A stretch of 64,000 nucleotides of DNA, from assembly GCA_977016875.1 (NCBI GenBank), contig CDRNST010000218.1:1240001-1304000 (forward strand). Direction: 5' to 3'. Source of the DNA: Pavona decussata. Its lineage: Eukaryota. The notes under the pieces are model-generated. The model ran no database searches, was not told the origin of the DNA, and was given only the letters and a program-made list of their open reading frames with translations. The position numbers and the translations under genes are program-made. Within the stretch, counting starts at the first letter, position 1, and each line of letters starts with the position of its first letter. Of the stretch, positions 1-13,700 are shown piece by piece.

Positions 1-149
1 AAGCTAAACAGCAAGCTTAGGATTCTCTTCAAAAGTTCAAATACTTCACTTATGTGGATTGAATTGAACATGCCACCCAGCATCACCGCGGTGTTGGAGG
101 ATGTTGATCAGTGTGATTTTACAACTGTGGATGACATTTCTCTTGTTGT

Positions 150-1060
150 AGAGAAAAAACGGACTGGAATTGCTGGGAAGACATCTGCTACATCTGTGTT
201 GTCTGAATGGATCCTGTTAGAGCAGATGACAGAACATCAATGCACTTTCTGGGCTGAGTTGATGATGGCCGGGAATTGTAATGTTGGAGACTGTTTGGGT
301 TTCTGTGGCCTTAAATGTGGCAAATGTGCGGATCTCCCAAGCGGCTTCTAACGTAAAGGTTATCGCTGTTACCCGAACACAATGATTTGTGAATGATGTA
401 TTATTCAAGAAAGTGACACAGGCATACTCGGAAAAAAGAAATCCGAGTGCTACTATCAGGAGTCGAACCTAAGACCTGAAGAACGGATTTATGTTGACGG
501 TGGACAGCACTGCTTTTTCGCTGATCTCTTTCATCATACTGCCCAGAGTGTTAACACTGACCGGGCGATTTTCGTACCAGAGGGTTTGCACAGCGCCGTT
601 TTCTTCAGTCCAGTCGCGTCGAGGAGGCTGTAAGAGAGCTTTTCACTTTGCATTCAACTTAGACAGATACAACCTCGGAGCTCGATAACCATCGGTATCG
701 CTGTTGGTCTCGTACTTGCTAGCTGTTTTCTAGAAGGTTGCCGTGTTGGGAAGCCCACCGGGATGATTCCTGGGCGACTCGTTGTGGGTCATGGTGATAT
801 AAGGCTTCCCTTCTTCATCCACGGCAAACTGAAAACTTGATGGTTTCAAGTTCTGCTGCCCTTCTCTTCCTCCTCGGCACCAGTCGAGAACTGCATGGAA
901 CCAAACATTCCTCAGCAAAGACCATGGATTTGTCATGCGCAAAACTAGGCCTTCCTTTAATTTCTTTAAATTGGCAACAGGAATGGCTTCTTTGTGCTGC
1001 TCCTTGCCTTGCTCCTCGAGATTCTTAATTTTGGCATTTAGCATGCGGTTGTAATTATTA
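150..1060 (-). pseudogene. Crypton-type (DUF3504-family) tyrosine recombinase, frameshifted and interrupted
   Basis: ORF 730-1044 (LLRNVWFH..WCRGGREGQQNLK..F) followed across frameshifts by WYENRPVSVNTLGSMMKEIS, TNHCVRVTAIT (HxxR box) and HICHI.GHRN..SLQHY, the catalytic boxes of Crypton/DUF3504 recombinases. Outer boundaries approximate. Confidence 0.75.
393..497 (-). mobile_element. tRNA-derived SINE fragment inserted in the recombinase pseudogene
   Basis: Minus strand reads AGGTCTTAGGTTCGACTCCTGATAG (B-box/T-arm like) with no complete cloverleaf; it separates AVLSTV from FTNHCVR of the recombinase. Confidence 0.6.
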
Positions 1061-1111
1061 AATACAGCGGAACTTATCTTTACACTTCTGTTATAAGGTT
1101 ACCAGTTTATC

Positions 1112-2308
1112 TTGGACCAAAGAAGTGTTGTCAGAGGAATGGAAGCACTATGCATACTGCTGAAGAGGCTGACATACCTGCGTACAACAACCTTAATCGG
1201 TACTGTGCCAAGCTACAAACTGTGTTGTGGACTTCGTTTACGCCCCCCATCATTGACGAATAGCCAATTGGAATCTGGCTGTATTGAATCCACCTGCCCT
1301 GCAAACTTATGCTGACAGTATACATCAACATGGAGTACCTCTTAATAACTGTTTTGGACTTATTGACAGGACAGTGCGCCCCATAGCCAGACCAGGAACA
1401 AATCAACGAATCCTATATAACAGGCACAAGACAGTACATAGCTTAAAATTCCAGGCTGTAGCCAGCCCAAATGGTCTTATTGCCTATTTATATGGTCCAG
1501 TTGGTAAGAATCTGATTTACTCTCTCGTTAAAATGTCAAACATAAATGTCTGTCACTGGATAAAATGGCTAGGAATCTCATACACTGAAACGTGGCCAAT
1601 ACCAAGGTTCCAGAGGCCCATTAAAAAAAATATAATGAAAAAAGAACCGCTGGCACCCAGGGTGTGTGTCCAATGGAATGTCTCGTGTATAATATAAAGT
1701 AGAATTATGTAAAAAAATATATCAGAAATGATAAGCCTGAAACAAACAAAAAAAAAAAACGAATTAAATTATTTCACTCAGGGAGGTTTACTGTGCTAGG
1801 CAATGTCATTCCCAATCCCTTTAGCGATAGAATTTCCCAATCAGACTGCTTGAAGGCCTTGAACATGTAGAGGGTACCTACCTTTTTTTTCCTTTTTCAG
1901 AAGGAAGAAAACATGATGCGGGGATGCCGAGAGAATGAGGATTGCTTCCCAAGTTGCAACATCATGCAATATCCCCTGCAGGCCAACCACTCTGTGTGTA
2001 TGGTAACCCCGTCTACCCTTTATGGGTACACTTCCAAGCCCCTTTTCGACAGGGTGTTGGGTTCACTCCCCAAATGCTTGCTTACAATAAAAGTATGAAT
2101 GAAGTCAAGAATGGTTATTTGGGGACATAGCCAATTATTTTAAATTCCTTGACTTTAAAAAAAGAATTTCAAAATAGAGCTAAGTAGCATTGGAAAATTA
2201 TATATGGTGTCTGGTATTTTAAGAAATGCACTTACTTGCCTCTATGGCAATCAAACCTCCCAGTTTTTGTAACTGGATCCTCCTCACATTCAGGATTATT
2301 TTGCGTGA
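1112..2308 (+). pseudogene. Harbinger (HARBI1-like DDE) transposase, two exons, intron 1504-1900, frameshifted
   Basis: EALCILLKRL, CFGLIDRTVRPIARPG, YNRHKTVHSLKFQAV..PNGLI..LYGPV|EGRKHDAG, LCVYGNPVY; a GT..AG intron joins GPV to EGRKHDA in frame. Confidence 0.85.
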
Positions 2309-3463
2309 ATTTTAAGTGAAACATAAAACCTCGGCAATGTAGTTTCTGTAAATAAGGCTTTCTGTATGCTAACTTTCCAATCAAATCATTTAAAAGGGTG
2401 GTAAAAACCATTCAGCTACAGCCTGGAAGTTTCGTTCTGGGTCATTTTTAAAAGGTGTACTGTGCCAGTATTAACCCAAACCAGTTATCTAAAGGTTCTC
2501 TCTCTTTTAGAACTGCAGAGAAGCTGGGTTTAGTAAAGCTACAATAATATTCCTCTTTTTGATTCTTATGTGTTGTACCTCTGTTTACAAAAGTTGAGTG
2601 TTCATGAAAAAATAAATAGTCCAGTTCCATCTCACTCTGTAGGTGAACCATTATCTCTTCATTTAGAAGCAATAGCCTAGCCTCCTCCATAGGCATCTTA
2701 ATTAACAAAGAAAATAGAACCAACCTGAAACATGGGTTTTCACATGCCACAGGAAGCCTGAAAGCCCAGAAAACAGAGACACCAGATGATAAGGCTAAAA
2801 ATTGTCATTGTCTTCACTACATGCAAACTGGGCTATTTTTTGCCATCCACAGAAAACAATAAATTTGTATATATAAATAAAGAAACAAACAGAAGCTCCT
2901 TATGTGTAGGATTCTCATTAATGGTTTATTTACGATTATCCCCAAATACATCATGGCCACTATCTGACTGCATCACATACATGGCCAAAGAACAAACCTG
3001 TTAACCGAGTTCCCAGTATATAGTCTTTGATGTTGACAAAAGTGATCAAACTAGACTCAAATAGCCCTTCTAGGGGACACATTATTCAATCAGCTGAAAC
3101 TTCATGCCAAGCCAAAAAGGGCCATAGCAACATTTCCTCAAATTGCTGAGCAGTCATGAGGCTCAACCCACTCATCTGTAATAAACAGCAATGCTTCCGT
3201 AGGCTCTAGGAATACAATATCAAGGCTAACTCAACTTGTTCAAACCAGTATAACTATTAAAAATCCAGCAATTGAAAATGGCATATGTTAAAATCTTGCG
3301 ATAAGTATTTTTTTTTTTCAATACATATTATGCAAGGTTTGAGACTCAAATAAACAGTATAGCTCCCTAACTTCTCATTTTAACATGACATATTTCACAC
3401 TGAATGGTATTTAAAAGCAATGATGAAAATGACAATTGGCAACATCATGGCTACTGTGGCTTT

Positions 3464-4181
3464 TCAAGAAAGCTTTGCATGAGACTCATAAACTGTTGTT
3501 GTTGTTGTTGTTGTTGTAGTTGTTGCACTAGCAAGGGCTGTCATGCTCTGACTCTGCTGTTGTTGTATTACCCTCATCATCTCCTGCATCTGGGCCTGGC
3601 CTTGTGCTGCCTGTTGTTGCTGCAGTGCCACCTGTGCCCTTTTCAGTTCTATTTCTTGGTCTCGTACCTTTCTTTCTGTCTTGCTTTTTTCTCTGAGGTA
3701 TCCTGCAGTGTCATCTCCACTTCTATGCCTTCGCTTAGTGCTCACTGTTTCTTCTCCCTCTTCTTGTCTTTTCTTAGTCTGGCTTACCCTTTCCATTGCA
3801 GTCTTTCTGATGTTTTCTGCCTTTTCCCTGTCTTGGTCATCTTTCTTGGCATTAACAGCAGTCCTACACTGTTCACTATCTTTCTTTCTCAGTTATTTCT
3901 TCCAATAACTGGTCTAATTCTGACATTTGTCTTGATGTTCCGCTACCTGCCTCATCCTTTCTGTTTATTTTTTGTACTTAGATTGTGATAGTGTAAACCT
4001 CTCCCTGACTGATCTCTGCTTTACGTTGAACTTTAACTCTGTACAGCTATTGAGTGACCTTGCCATCTTAGACCACATTTCACCCCTGTCGGGACTGCCC
4101 TTCGTAAATTGGAAAGGGTCCTTGTACAGTATCCCCCTACAAAGCACCACATCATGGTCATCACTCCACTCCATTGCAGCC
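3464..4181 (-). pseudogene. Harbinger accessory Myb/SANT(trihelix)-like DNA-binding protein with Q-rich tail, frameshifted
   Basis: MEWSDDHDVVLCR..RGEMWSKMARSLN..FNVKQRSVRERF plus coiled-coil/QQQQ C-terminus; convergent with the transposase as is typical of Harbingers. Confidence 0.75.
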
Positions 4182-4686
4182 CTACAGTGAGGCAAAATGA
4201 TCAGACATGAATATAAGCATTGCAGCTATTCTGGAATTCAAGATGCCTCGAAATAGTGTATAAATTATTAAATAATTGAAAATAATGCTTAAAATTTCAC
4301 CAGGAAAAAACAAACAGGGATGCATTTTTAATCCAATCAGGCCTAAATCAATTTTTATAATTACGTTCAAATAAAAATGAGCAGTCAAGGATTCAGAGGA
4401 CTGCATGTGGCTAATGCTGCTCTAGGTTTTTTCGGTTTCATTTCTGATGATCTTTTTAACACTTGTTTAAGGCAGTAGCCAGTAAAAGCATACAGAAAAA
4501 GGGGGATATCCTTCAATAAACACAGCCCATTTTCACGCTCAGCATCCTCAAATACTTATTTGGTTTTATTTTGTTGCTAGTTGGAGTTGACAAGCATCTG
4601 GAAGTTTTAAAAGAGATTATGAGCTTTTAAACTCTTTTAGATCTCAGGTGAATGAAAATAATCATAAACAATGGAACAATTTTTGC

Positions 4687-4817
4687 GGGTGTAGATTTTC
4701 TTATGTATTTTAATAATTTTATTTTATTTTTTCCGAAATTCTGAGGGGTCCAGAAGGGGATCCAGAAGGGGGTCCAGAAAGGGATCCAGAAGGGGGGGTC
4801 CAGATTTGTCTACACCC
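4687..4817. mobile_element. 131-bp MITE with 9-bp TSD (Mutator-like)
   Basis: TIRs GGGTGTAGA...TCTACACCC; perfect direct repeat AATTTTTGC at 4678-4686 and 4818-4826; internal 12-bp repeats GGGGTCCAGAA. Confidence 0.8.
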
Positions 4818-5292
4818 AATTTTTGCAATAAAACGTCATGAATGAAGAGCTTTCTCTCAAACATTGGGAAGTAGTTTAGATAAAGAGTGTTAACATCTAA
4901 TATCAAACGGGAATCGAAAAGAAAAGCAAAATGACGTAAACAAACTTACTTGGGACATGTTCGAGCAACGTGTCTCAAAAGTGCCTGTGGAAAAAAACGT
5001 AAATAAAGCCAAATATTACACCAATTCTTAAAAAAGCTGGCCTAAAAATATAATTAAAGATAGAAGAATTTACTTTTTTCAACGGAAACACAAAAAATCG
5101 ATTGAAATGTAAAACAAACTCGCCAAAAACTCCCGTAGTGCATACTACGTCAAACTACTCTGTTTGCCATACTAGAGAAGCCCACTACGGCGGCGGAAAA
5201 ACGAAGGTGACACTCGCGCGTGCGCAAAAGTGTTTGAATTTATTTCCGGTTCCCGTAGCCATCCACAAAACCGTTGGTGCTAAAAGTTCCTA

Positions 5293-5497
5293 TTAAGAAG
5301 CTCGAAACCGCAGTCAAACAAGGGAAATTGCTTGGCCATAATGGCGGTCTGTCGCTGAATTTCTCAGATTTTCACAGGCAAAAGATCTGACTGTGCTCTG
5401 TGCATATGTACCATTACGTATGTTTCGTGCATTGTGGAGTTACACAGAACTCAGTTTGACCAATCACAGTGCTTGCTTGACCCTGGCTGTTTTATAA
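5293..5497 (-). mobile_element. Probable 5' end of the Crypton-type element (terminus, CCAAT box, start MAKQFPLFDCGFELL)
   Basis: Minus strand TTATAAAAC...GATTGGTC terminus and an ATG at about 5339 whose frame is cut at the Harbinger end; linkage to the recombinase at 150-1060 is inference. Confidence 0.4.
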
Positions 5498-6329
5498 TCA
5501 GTTATAAAGCATGGTACAGTTATAAGGCCTATGTGATTGGGAGACCTGGTGGATCAACATCTCATGCACTAAATAGGAAAAATAAAATTGCATTTAATAA
5601 ACTTGCGCCACAAAGTGGTTTAAAAAGATGCCTTGGATACTAACTTGTACTTCTTCTTTAAAATGACAGCTACTGACATTTTCAGGTGGGCTGTCCAAGG
5701 GAATGACCACCTCAACAATCAAGAAGCGCATATACGTTGTCTGCTGTCTGTAATTTGCGCGTGGATGATCACACATTTTCATGCAGTCATTCACAAAATG
5801 ATTGGTGTTGAAACCTCTTTCTAAAAAGTGGTTGTCCACAGTTTGCTGCTTGAAGCCATCATTTTTTTAACTGAACAGAGGCAAAATCCAGAGTGCTGTA
5901 TACTTGAGTCCGCCTAAAATCTAACATGAAACGGTCTTTCTCTTTACCTGCAGTGGCATATCTGCTGACCAAAATGGTGCTCAGTCTTCCTAGTGTAAAT
6001 GAAATCCAAGATTGCTGCCAGTGTTGCTGTGATTCCACGTTTTCCCATGTTTCCTGCTCATTTTAAAAGCTAGCATTATGCATAAAAGTCGTAGGAATTA
6101 TGATGCAAAGCACTGTTGTTCTTTTTGGAATTAAATGGAGTTGAAGTTTATCAAAGAAGGTTTGTAAGTAGCAGTCACATCTTTTAAGCCTTTGTTTAAA
6201 AACACACGTCTACATTGCAGGAGACTGAAGAAAATAGTGTTAAGATGTACAAGATGTCGCAACAAACTAAATTTTGTTGTTAATAACAATTAAAGTAGAG
6301 AGATCATCACAGTCAGCGTGAGAGTCTTG

Positions 6330-6748
6330 CTGGCATGTTTATTTATTCTTAGAGCCTGTCGAGATTCTTGCTATTAAGATATGAGATCTTAATCAAGAAT
6401 TGAAATAACATCTCATTAAGAATTTTATGTTTTTGTTTTACAAGATCTTCATAAGAACTTTTTAAAAGATCTTATTTTTAATTATTTATGCTAAGACCTT
6501 ACCAAGATTATTGTAAGGCAGTGAGATCAGAATAATTGTAAGACCTTGGTACAAATTTCGATTAAGATTTTAATAAGTAAACATTAAGAAATCGGTAAAT
6601 TCTTTTCAAAATCTGTTTAAGATCTTATTTTTTATTTATAGTAAGATCTTAACAAGATTCTTGTGAGTTAATTCTTAAGATCTTAACAAGAATTCTAAAA
6701 AGATCTTGTCACAAATTTTCATGAGATCTTAATGAGAAAATATTAAGA
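6330..6748. repeat. Array of degenerate AAGATCTT/AACAAGATT motifs, probably subterminal repeats of a DNA transposon
   Basis: Many imperfect copies; the motif resumes right after the BEL element (15212-15222) and a similar run lies at 46370-46406. Confidence 0.5.
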
Positions 6749-6753
6749 AATGG

Positions 6754-7613
6754 TGTGGCGCTTGGGGCGACTGACAGGAAAGTTCAAATGATCCAAAAGT
6801 TCAAGATTTCAATTTGTGTTGCGGCGAAGCATTTAGGGACTACTTTATGGGTCGTAAAACTCAAAAGGTCAAGAACCACGGAGAACCAAAGTTTACGGTT
6901 AACGGTGATTTATTCCAACAAAAATGACCATTAGCACAGAAAGACCAAAATGCCAAATCGACCAACTAAAACGACCAAACGACCGTAAACTGAAATACAA
7001 TACAACGAAATTCTACTAATTAAGACGAAATAGATGCCCAATCAAAACTAGGTCCTAGCGACGATAATGCGGCTTTCACAATTACATAAACAATTAACTA
7101 GCATAAATTACCTTAAAACTAATCGAGTTTCAATCAACAGTCGTGCTCTAGAATAATATTAGGAACTAATTTAGGGCCTAGCACTCTCTAACTTAAAACT
7201 TAGTGGGCGTTCCTTCCTGATAAATGCGTTTCCATCCAATTGACGCCTTTTGCGACTATGAAGCAATTAATCCCTCTTGTGGTTGATTGTACAATAATCC
7301 ATTTGCGTACATTCGCCCATAATGAAATCTAACTTAACAAAAATAAAAGGTTACTCACATATCGGTCCCACTTGTGCTAATTGCAAGGATTCAAGACAAT
7401 GCAAACCAAACTTCAATACTATCGTAGGTGACTCTCTGGCAAAAAGAGACACTACAGCTGCTTTTATATGCGCGTGGGGACGCTAAAAGGTCCGATTACA
7501 AGACCAATCAAATCGAGAAAAATACGAATAAACATTGCAACTAAGGACAAGTAACTACAGTCTGATCAAAAAAGGCCAATCAAATAAATGGGAACTGGTT
7601 AGTGTCCTTAACA
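6754..7613 (-). repeat. 3' LTR of BEL/Pao element 1
   Basis: TGT...ACA ends; direct repeat of 14343-15206. Confidence 0.95.
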
Positions 7614-7789
7614 TGGCTCCCCTGAAATGATATATTTCACAAAACTAAATCATATTAAATTATCAGTGTTTGGAATGTTCATATCAAGGTTCAAGTGTTA
7701 ACTAAAATCAAGTTCTATTTACAGTTCAGTTCAAATGCTTGTTGAGGCTCCGCGGCTACCCCGGATATTGTCATTCAGTTCTTACTTGA

Positions 7790-10700
7790 CATCAGCAACA
7801 CTAGCTTGTGCACTGGTCGCTCCAGATACCGCACTGGGCCAGTCCGCTTGCCCTTGTTGTCCATGCATGCAAACAGCTGTCCGCAAGAGCTACTTGGACC
7901 TTGCGTACTTGTCCATCAGGGCTGGGGTAGACAGCTGACACATGTGCTAGCTGCCAGGCTCTTTGAGGTTGATTTTCATCCTTCACTATGACGTCGTCAT
8001 CACTCAGCAAATTACTCTGAGGGCGTATCCATTTCTGCCGTGAATGTAAGGTGAGAAGGAACTCCTTTCTCCAGCGAGTCCAAAACTCGTTTGCTAGATG
8101 CTGAACACGCCTCCGACGTTTTCTACAAAACATGTCTGCTGGCTGGAACGTACCTGGTGGAGCGAGAACGACCCTTGACTTCATGGTCAGCAAATGGTTA
8201 GGGGTCCAAGGTCTTGGTGAATCTGGATTAGCAAGCTGGTTGACTGTGAGCGGGCGACTATTGACTATCGCCTCCGCTTCACACATGAGAGTCCTAACTG
8301 CTCTCCATTATTTTGCAAAAGAGATGAGAGGACGTTGCGCACTGATTTAATTTGGCGCTCCCAAACTCCTCCCATATGGCTTGCTGCTGGAACATTCATT
8401 TTGAAGGAGAACCAATCACATTGCTCCTCCAGCAGCTTGGCTTTAATCTTTTCCTGATCCATCTCTGCTAAGGCTTGGGTGAGTTCCCTTCTAGCTCCTA
8501 CGAAGTTTGTTCCTTGGTCGCTCCTTAGCTGACGGATGGGACCTCTAGCACTGATGAATCTTCTTAAGGCATTGATAAATGCATCCGTCTCGAGGGAATT
8601 GGCGGTTTCAAGATGTATAGCTCTCGATGCCATACACGTGAAGAGGACGCCGTAGCGTTTAAGCTCCTTACGGCCGTCCTTTACAATAAAGGGGCCAAAA
8701 TAGTCTACAGCACAGTAAGTGAAGGGCGGAGTAGCTTCAAGGCGATCTTCAGGCAGGTCTGACATCCTTTGTTCCTGTAAAGCTCCACGCAGTTTCTGAC
8801 ACTTGACACTGGACGCAATCACGCTGGCGACAACTGATGATCTGTTGATCACCCAAAACCCCTTCGATTGGATCTCGTTAAGAGTCATGCCTTTGCCTTG
8901 ATGTCTCGTGCGCTCGTGAAAATATTTTACAATCAGCATCGCGATGTGGCTATCTCGTGGTAAGATAATAGGAAACTTTACGTCATCAGACAGGCTCGCA
9001 CGTTTGAGACAACCACCCACCTGTAACATTCCGTCCGCATCTATAAATGAATCAAGCTTGTAGAGCGAGCTAGATGCTTTCATGTTTGCCTTCCTCTCCT
9101 GGTCGAAGACTCTACTGCTGGGTTCTACATTTTCCTGCTTTATCTTCTTTAAGGTTGATAGCTCCTCCTTGAATGTAATTTTCTGCACTGCGCGAATGAT
9201 TTCGCACTCTGTGCTTTTCAAATCGCTGACCTTCAACGATCGTATTCCTTCATTGTCACTTTGTTTCTTGCGCACGCAATCTCGTAAGCTCTTGACGTAG
9301 CGTAGACACAGAGCGACTGCTCGTTTGGCACGGAATGTAATTTGTATGAATGAATGTAATTTTCTGCACTGCGCGAATGATTTCGCACTCTGTGCTTTTC
9401 AAATCGCTGACCTTCAACGATCATATTTCTTCATTGTCACTTTGTTTCTTGCGCACGCAATCTCGTAAGCTCTTGACGTAGCGTAGACACAGAGCGACTG
9501 CTCGTTTGGCACGATGCCAGTTAGAGAAATACTTTACTCTCTCTGCAAGGTTTGTCTTCTCTGAATCTGTCTGTTCAATCTGCGTGGTTGCCATGGCGAC
9601 AGATTTCTTAACTTCAGGATCGTCTTGCTTAAGCTCAATACTGGCCTTTGTATCCTTTCGGTTACTAGTTGGCCACTGGTTTTCCTTCTCCCACAGGAAA
9701 GCTGGTCCAGTGATCCATCGGGAATCCAACAGTTCTTGTGCCTTCCTTCCTTTGCGAAGCCTCGTCTGCTGGATTCAGTTAAGACTCGATGTAGTTACAT
9801 CGCTCAGTGGAAGTGTTGTCCTGGATGTCTTGTACTCTGTTCGCAACGAACACATGAAATCGTCTGCTCTCGTTGCTGATATAACCAAGTACCACTTGGC
9901 TGTCCGTCCAGAAATATTCTTGATCAATTTGATGTTGCAACTCCTGACGCAGCTGTTGGTTAATCTTTACTGAGCACACAGTGGCAGTTAGCTCCAACCT
10001 CGGTATGGTTACTGGTTTCAGTGGCGCCACTCTAGACTTGCCCATGACAAAGGAGCAGTGAATTCTCTGGTTTTCATCAATCAGGCGCAAGTAACTGCAT
10101 TGACCATAGCCTTTAACGCTCGCATCTGAGAAATGGTGGAGTTCTGTTCCCACTGCACAGCCAAAATTTTCTGGCTTGTAACATCTAGGGATTAAAATGC
10201 TCCGTAGTTGCAGCAACTCTGCTTTCCACTTCGTCCACCTAACCTTCACATCCTCTGGTATCGGATCATCCCATTTTACGTCAAGGCAGCACAGCTCCTG
10301 AAGGATTGAGTTCCCTTCTAACAAGAGTGGAGCAACCAATCTAAGAGGATCGAATATTGAGCTCACAGCCGAAAGTATCCCTCGTTTAGTGCATGGCTTG
10401 TCTTGCAACACGATGGTAAACTTAAAGCAGTCAGTCTCAACGCACCACTGAACACCAAGTGCACGCTCTAAGGGAGGCGAATCGAGGTCCAAGTCTAATG
10501 CTTTAACGCCATCTGCTCGGTCTGACTCAGGTTATCTTCTAATGACTTCTTTTCTATTTGAAACAAACTTGTGGAGACGAAAACCTCCTTTGCTGCACAT
10601 CTGCTTGACATTCGCAGCCAGCTCTACTGCTTCACTGACTGAGGGAACAGACTTTAGACTGTTGTCAACATAGAAGTCGTTGTGAAGGAAGTTTGCAGCA

Positions 10701-13700
10701 GCAGGACCAAACCCATTCTCGTAGTCGTTCGCAGTTGACTTCAACGCGAAGTTAGCGCAGCCCGGCGACGAGGTAGCTCCAAACAAGTGCACAGTCATCC
10801 TGTACTCGTGAGGATCTTTAGTGGTATCGCCATCCTCCAACCAGAGAAAGTGTAACAAATCCCTCTGTTCTTCGTTTACTCTGACTTGATGGAACATACC
10901 CTCTATATCACACATGAACGCAACGTACTCACGGCGGAATCTCATTAGTACGCCAGTCAGGTTGTTTGTCAAGTCAGGGCCTTGAAGCAGATGCTTGTGC
11001 AATGATTCATTTTCAAATGCTGTGGCGCAGTCAAACACAACACGGATTTTGTTTGGTTTCTTTGGGTGATAGACACCATGGTGCGGAATGTACCAAACAC
11101 TGCGCTTCCTTTCTTGTTGGACACTGCATACATCCTCTATTTTTGGCACCTTTATGGCGTATCCACTGTCTATCATCTTCATCATCTTCATAAATTCCAC
11201 ATAGTCTTTGCGGTATTTCTGGTTGTTTCTTGTTTCAAACCGTCTTTTAAGCTGATTGAGGCGGCGAAGCGCTGCATCCCTATTGTTTGGTCGTTCAATA
11301 TCTTCATTCTTCAAAGGCAGTGGAAGCTTGTAGTGCCCGTCTTCGCACTGATGGATCCTTTCCTCAGCAATTTGCAGAAACTTTCTATCTTCTTTGGATA
11401 AACCATGCCTCTGTGTGTTGTTATGTTCGATGAAATCAAGTTCAAATATTTGACTGATCGCAGATGGATTTACTATTTCCTTTGTTTTCCCGTTGAAAAC
11501 AAAACTTAGTTGACTGTCGGGTGATCCCGGAACGATTTCCTTCGCCAATATGCGATGACAAGTCGAATTTAGGGCGTGATCTCCAAGGGGGGTGTTTGAC
11601 GTCGTGACAGGTCCCATGATACTCCATCCTAGCAAGGTTTGAACTGCGTAGGGCTCTTCGCTCTTGCCCTGAATGACTTCCTTTGGTTTGATTGCCTTCG
11701 GACAGTTACAACCGATCAGCAGGGTGATTTCTAAACCTTCTTCAAATGGCGGAATCTTATCTCTTGGCTTGTGAAGGTGTGGCCACTTTTCGACTATCTC
11801 CGGTGTCGGAATTTGATCTCGTCTGGACGGAATACTTTGTCTAGCATACGCCTTTGGTAGTTCAACTTGGGCTCGTTTGTCGAGACGCTGCACTATCAAG
11901 CCTTCAACTCTTCATACGGATAATGTCTCGCGACCAAGCATGGTGCTCAAATTCAAACTAGTTTCAACACCTTCTATGCCGAGTTCATGTTGCACTTGTG
12001 TGGTGACGAATGTCGTGTCACTTGGATCATCCAGGAGTGCGTACACCTTGACTTCCTTGTCTGGATTATCCTTATGGAACAGCACAACTTGAACTATTCA
12101 ACAGTTGGTTATGATGCTAGCGGAGTCTGCGACTGAGTTGTGCGCTACGCTTGTTGCGTTAGAGTTTGCGGACTCTCTTGCAACCGGTTGGCTTTCACTT
12201 GGCGTTTCCCTGCTACTAGAGGCTTGCTGAGAAGCTTGCGGCCTGGAGTCGGACTGTGGATTGTCGCTTGACATAGGTCTCCCGCGATGCATGAGTGTGT
12301 GATGACGTCCTCCGCATTCTTTTCAGGTGAATCTATTTGGAGAGCCCGCTGACAAGTGACCCTTCTCAAAACAGCCGTAACAGAGACACTTAAGAATAAT
12401 TTCATCGCGTTCCTTTACGGAACTCTTCAAAAACTTGCTGCGCTTGGTGAGAACGTGCTGACCATTACACATATGGGAAGGACGACTGCTCTGATTGATG
12501 GATCGGCGACTTTGCAGGCATGGCCGGGCTGTGACTTAGTGTACTCCGACTTGGCGCACTGTGAGTGCGAGTGGTTGATGTGGCGAACGAACTTACGCTT
12601 GGCCTGTTGCTACCTATGTTGTTCGGTCCGAAAATCCGTCCAACCTGGTATCCTCCTACATTTTTCCTTTTCTCCCTCTTTAGCGCATCCGGAGAGAAAA
12701 TGCTGATTCCACTCTTACAAACTTCACGAAGTCGCTGAAGGTAACGATTTTCTTCAATTTTGTCTGAGCTTCATGGGCGTGTCGGGACCACTTCACACCG
12801 GAGTAGGAAGGCAGTTTGGCGCTGATCTGAAGGAGGGTTTGAGTTGAATCGAGGTCCCCCATGGACTGCATCGTTTTCATTGCTTCTTCACAACGAACGA
12901 GGAAATCTGAAACGGCCTGAATAGCACCACTGTCTCCATCATTGATCTGTGGCCAGCTTTTGAGACTAGACTTATAGGCCTCGGCTACATGGTTAGGAAT
13001 TCCAAAGCGATGGTCTAGCAACTTGCGGGCTTCTTTGTAGGGACTATCTGAACTCATGGGTAAGAAGCCTTTCACCACGTCATTCGCTTTGCCTTTGGTG
13101 TACTTGTCTAAAAAGAAGAGTCTATCTCTGTCCAGAGGTACATTAGTGGAGATAATAGCATCGAAGGCGGTCACGAAGGCTAGATACTTGAATGGATCTC
13201 CGGAGAACGCAGGCGGCTCTTTTACAGGAAGGTGGCTAATTTTCTGCTGATTGATAATTTATGAGTTTAACTCTGTTTGCTTTGCTTAAAGGTTTACGAT
13301 CTCCTGCAGAGCTGTGCTTATGTCATGACTTTGGCTTTGCGGCGCGATTACAGGCGCGACTTTCAAAGGTTTGGGAGAACAAACAGGAGAATTGTTTGGA
13401 ACGAACGGGGGGCATACGGATGAAGGGAAAAGCTTCTTTCTTGTTTGATGTTTTCCTAATTCAACTCTGACTTCATTTCCTTTTTTACACTAGTTTCCTC
13501 TTTATCGCTCGGCAGTTTTTCATCTTCGAGAATTCTTTTTATTGCCAATTCCTCCGCATTTGCAATTGCTAGATCCCTTTCGAGTTGTAATCACCTCAGT
13601 TCCTTTTCCCTTTCCAGAAATTCAATTTCGGCCTGTAACTTTGCCGATTTTGCTGCTGCATCAACCAAAGCTAGACTAAGGTGTTTTGTGGATGAGGAAC

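Larger units (their letters stand above)
1110..5291 (+). mobile_element. PIF/Harbinger DNA transposon 1 (5'-truncated; transposase plus convergent Myb/SANT-like gene)
   Basis: Transposase on +, partner gene on -, and a Harbinger-like terminus at about 5245-5291 (reverse complement AGGAACTTTTAGCACCAACGG) next to a TTA/TAA triplet. Left end not seen. Confidence 0.7.

Noticed and set aside
440-480. tRNA gene
   Set aside because: Only a T-arm/B-box-like piece; no acceptor stem or D-arm; fits a SINE fragment.
3404-3988. 194-aa Cys/Leu-rich ORF on +
   Set aside because: Antisense shadow of the Q-rich Harbinger accessory gene over a (TGT)n run.
5560-6230. Possible decayed exons on the minus strand
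   Set aside because: Splice-like signals present but no frame gives a recognisable or continuous protein.
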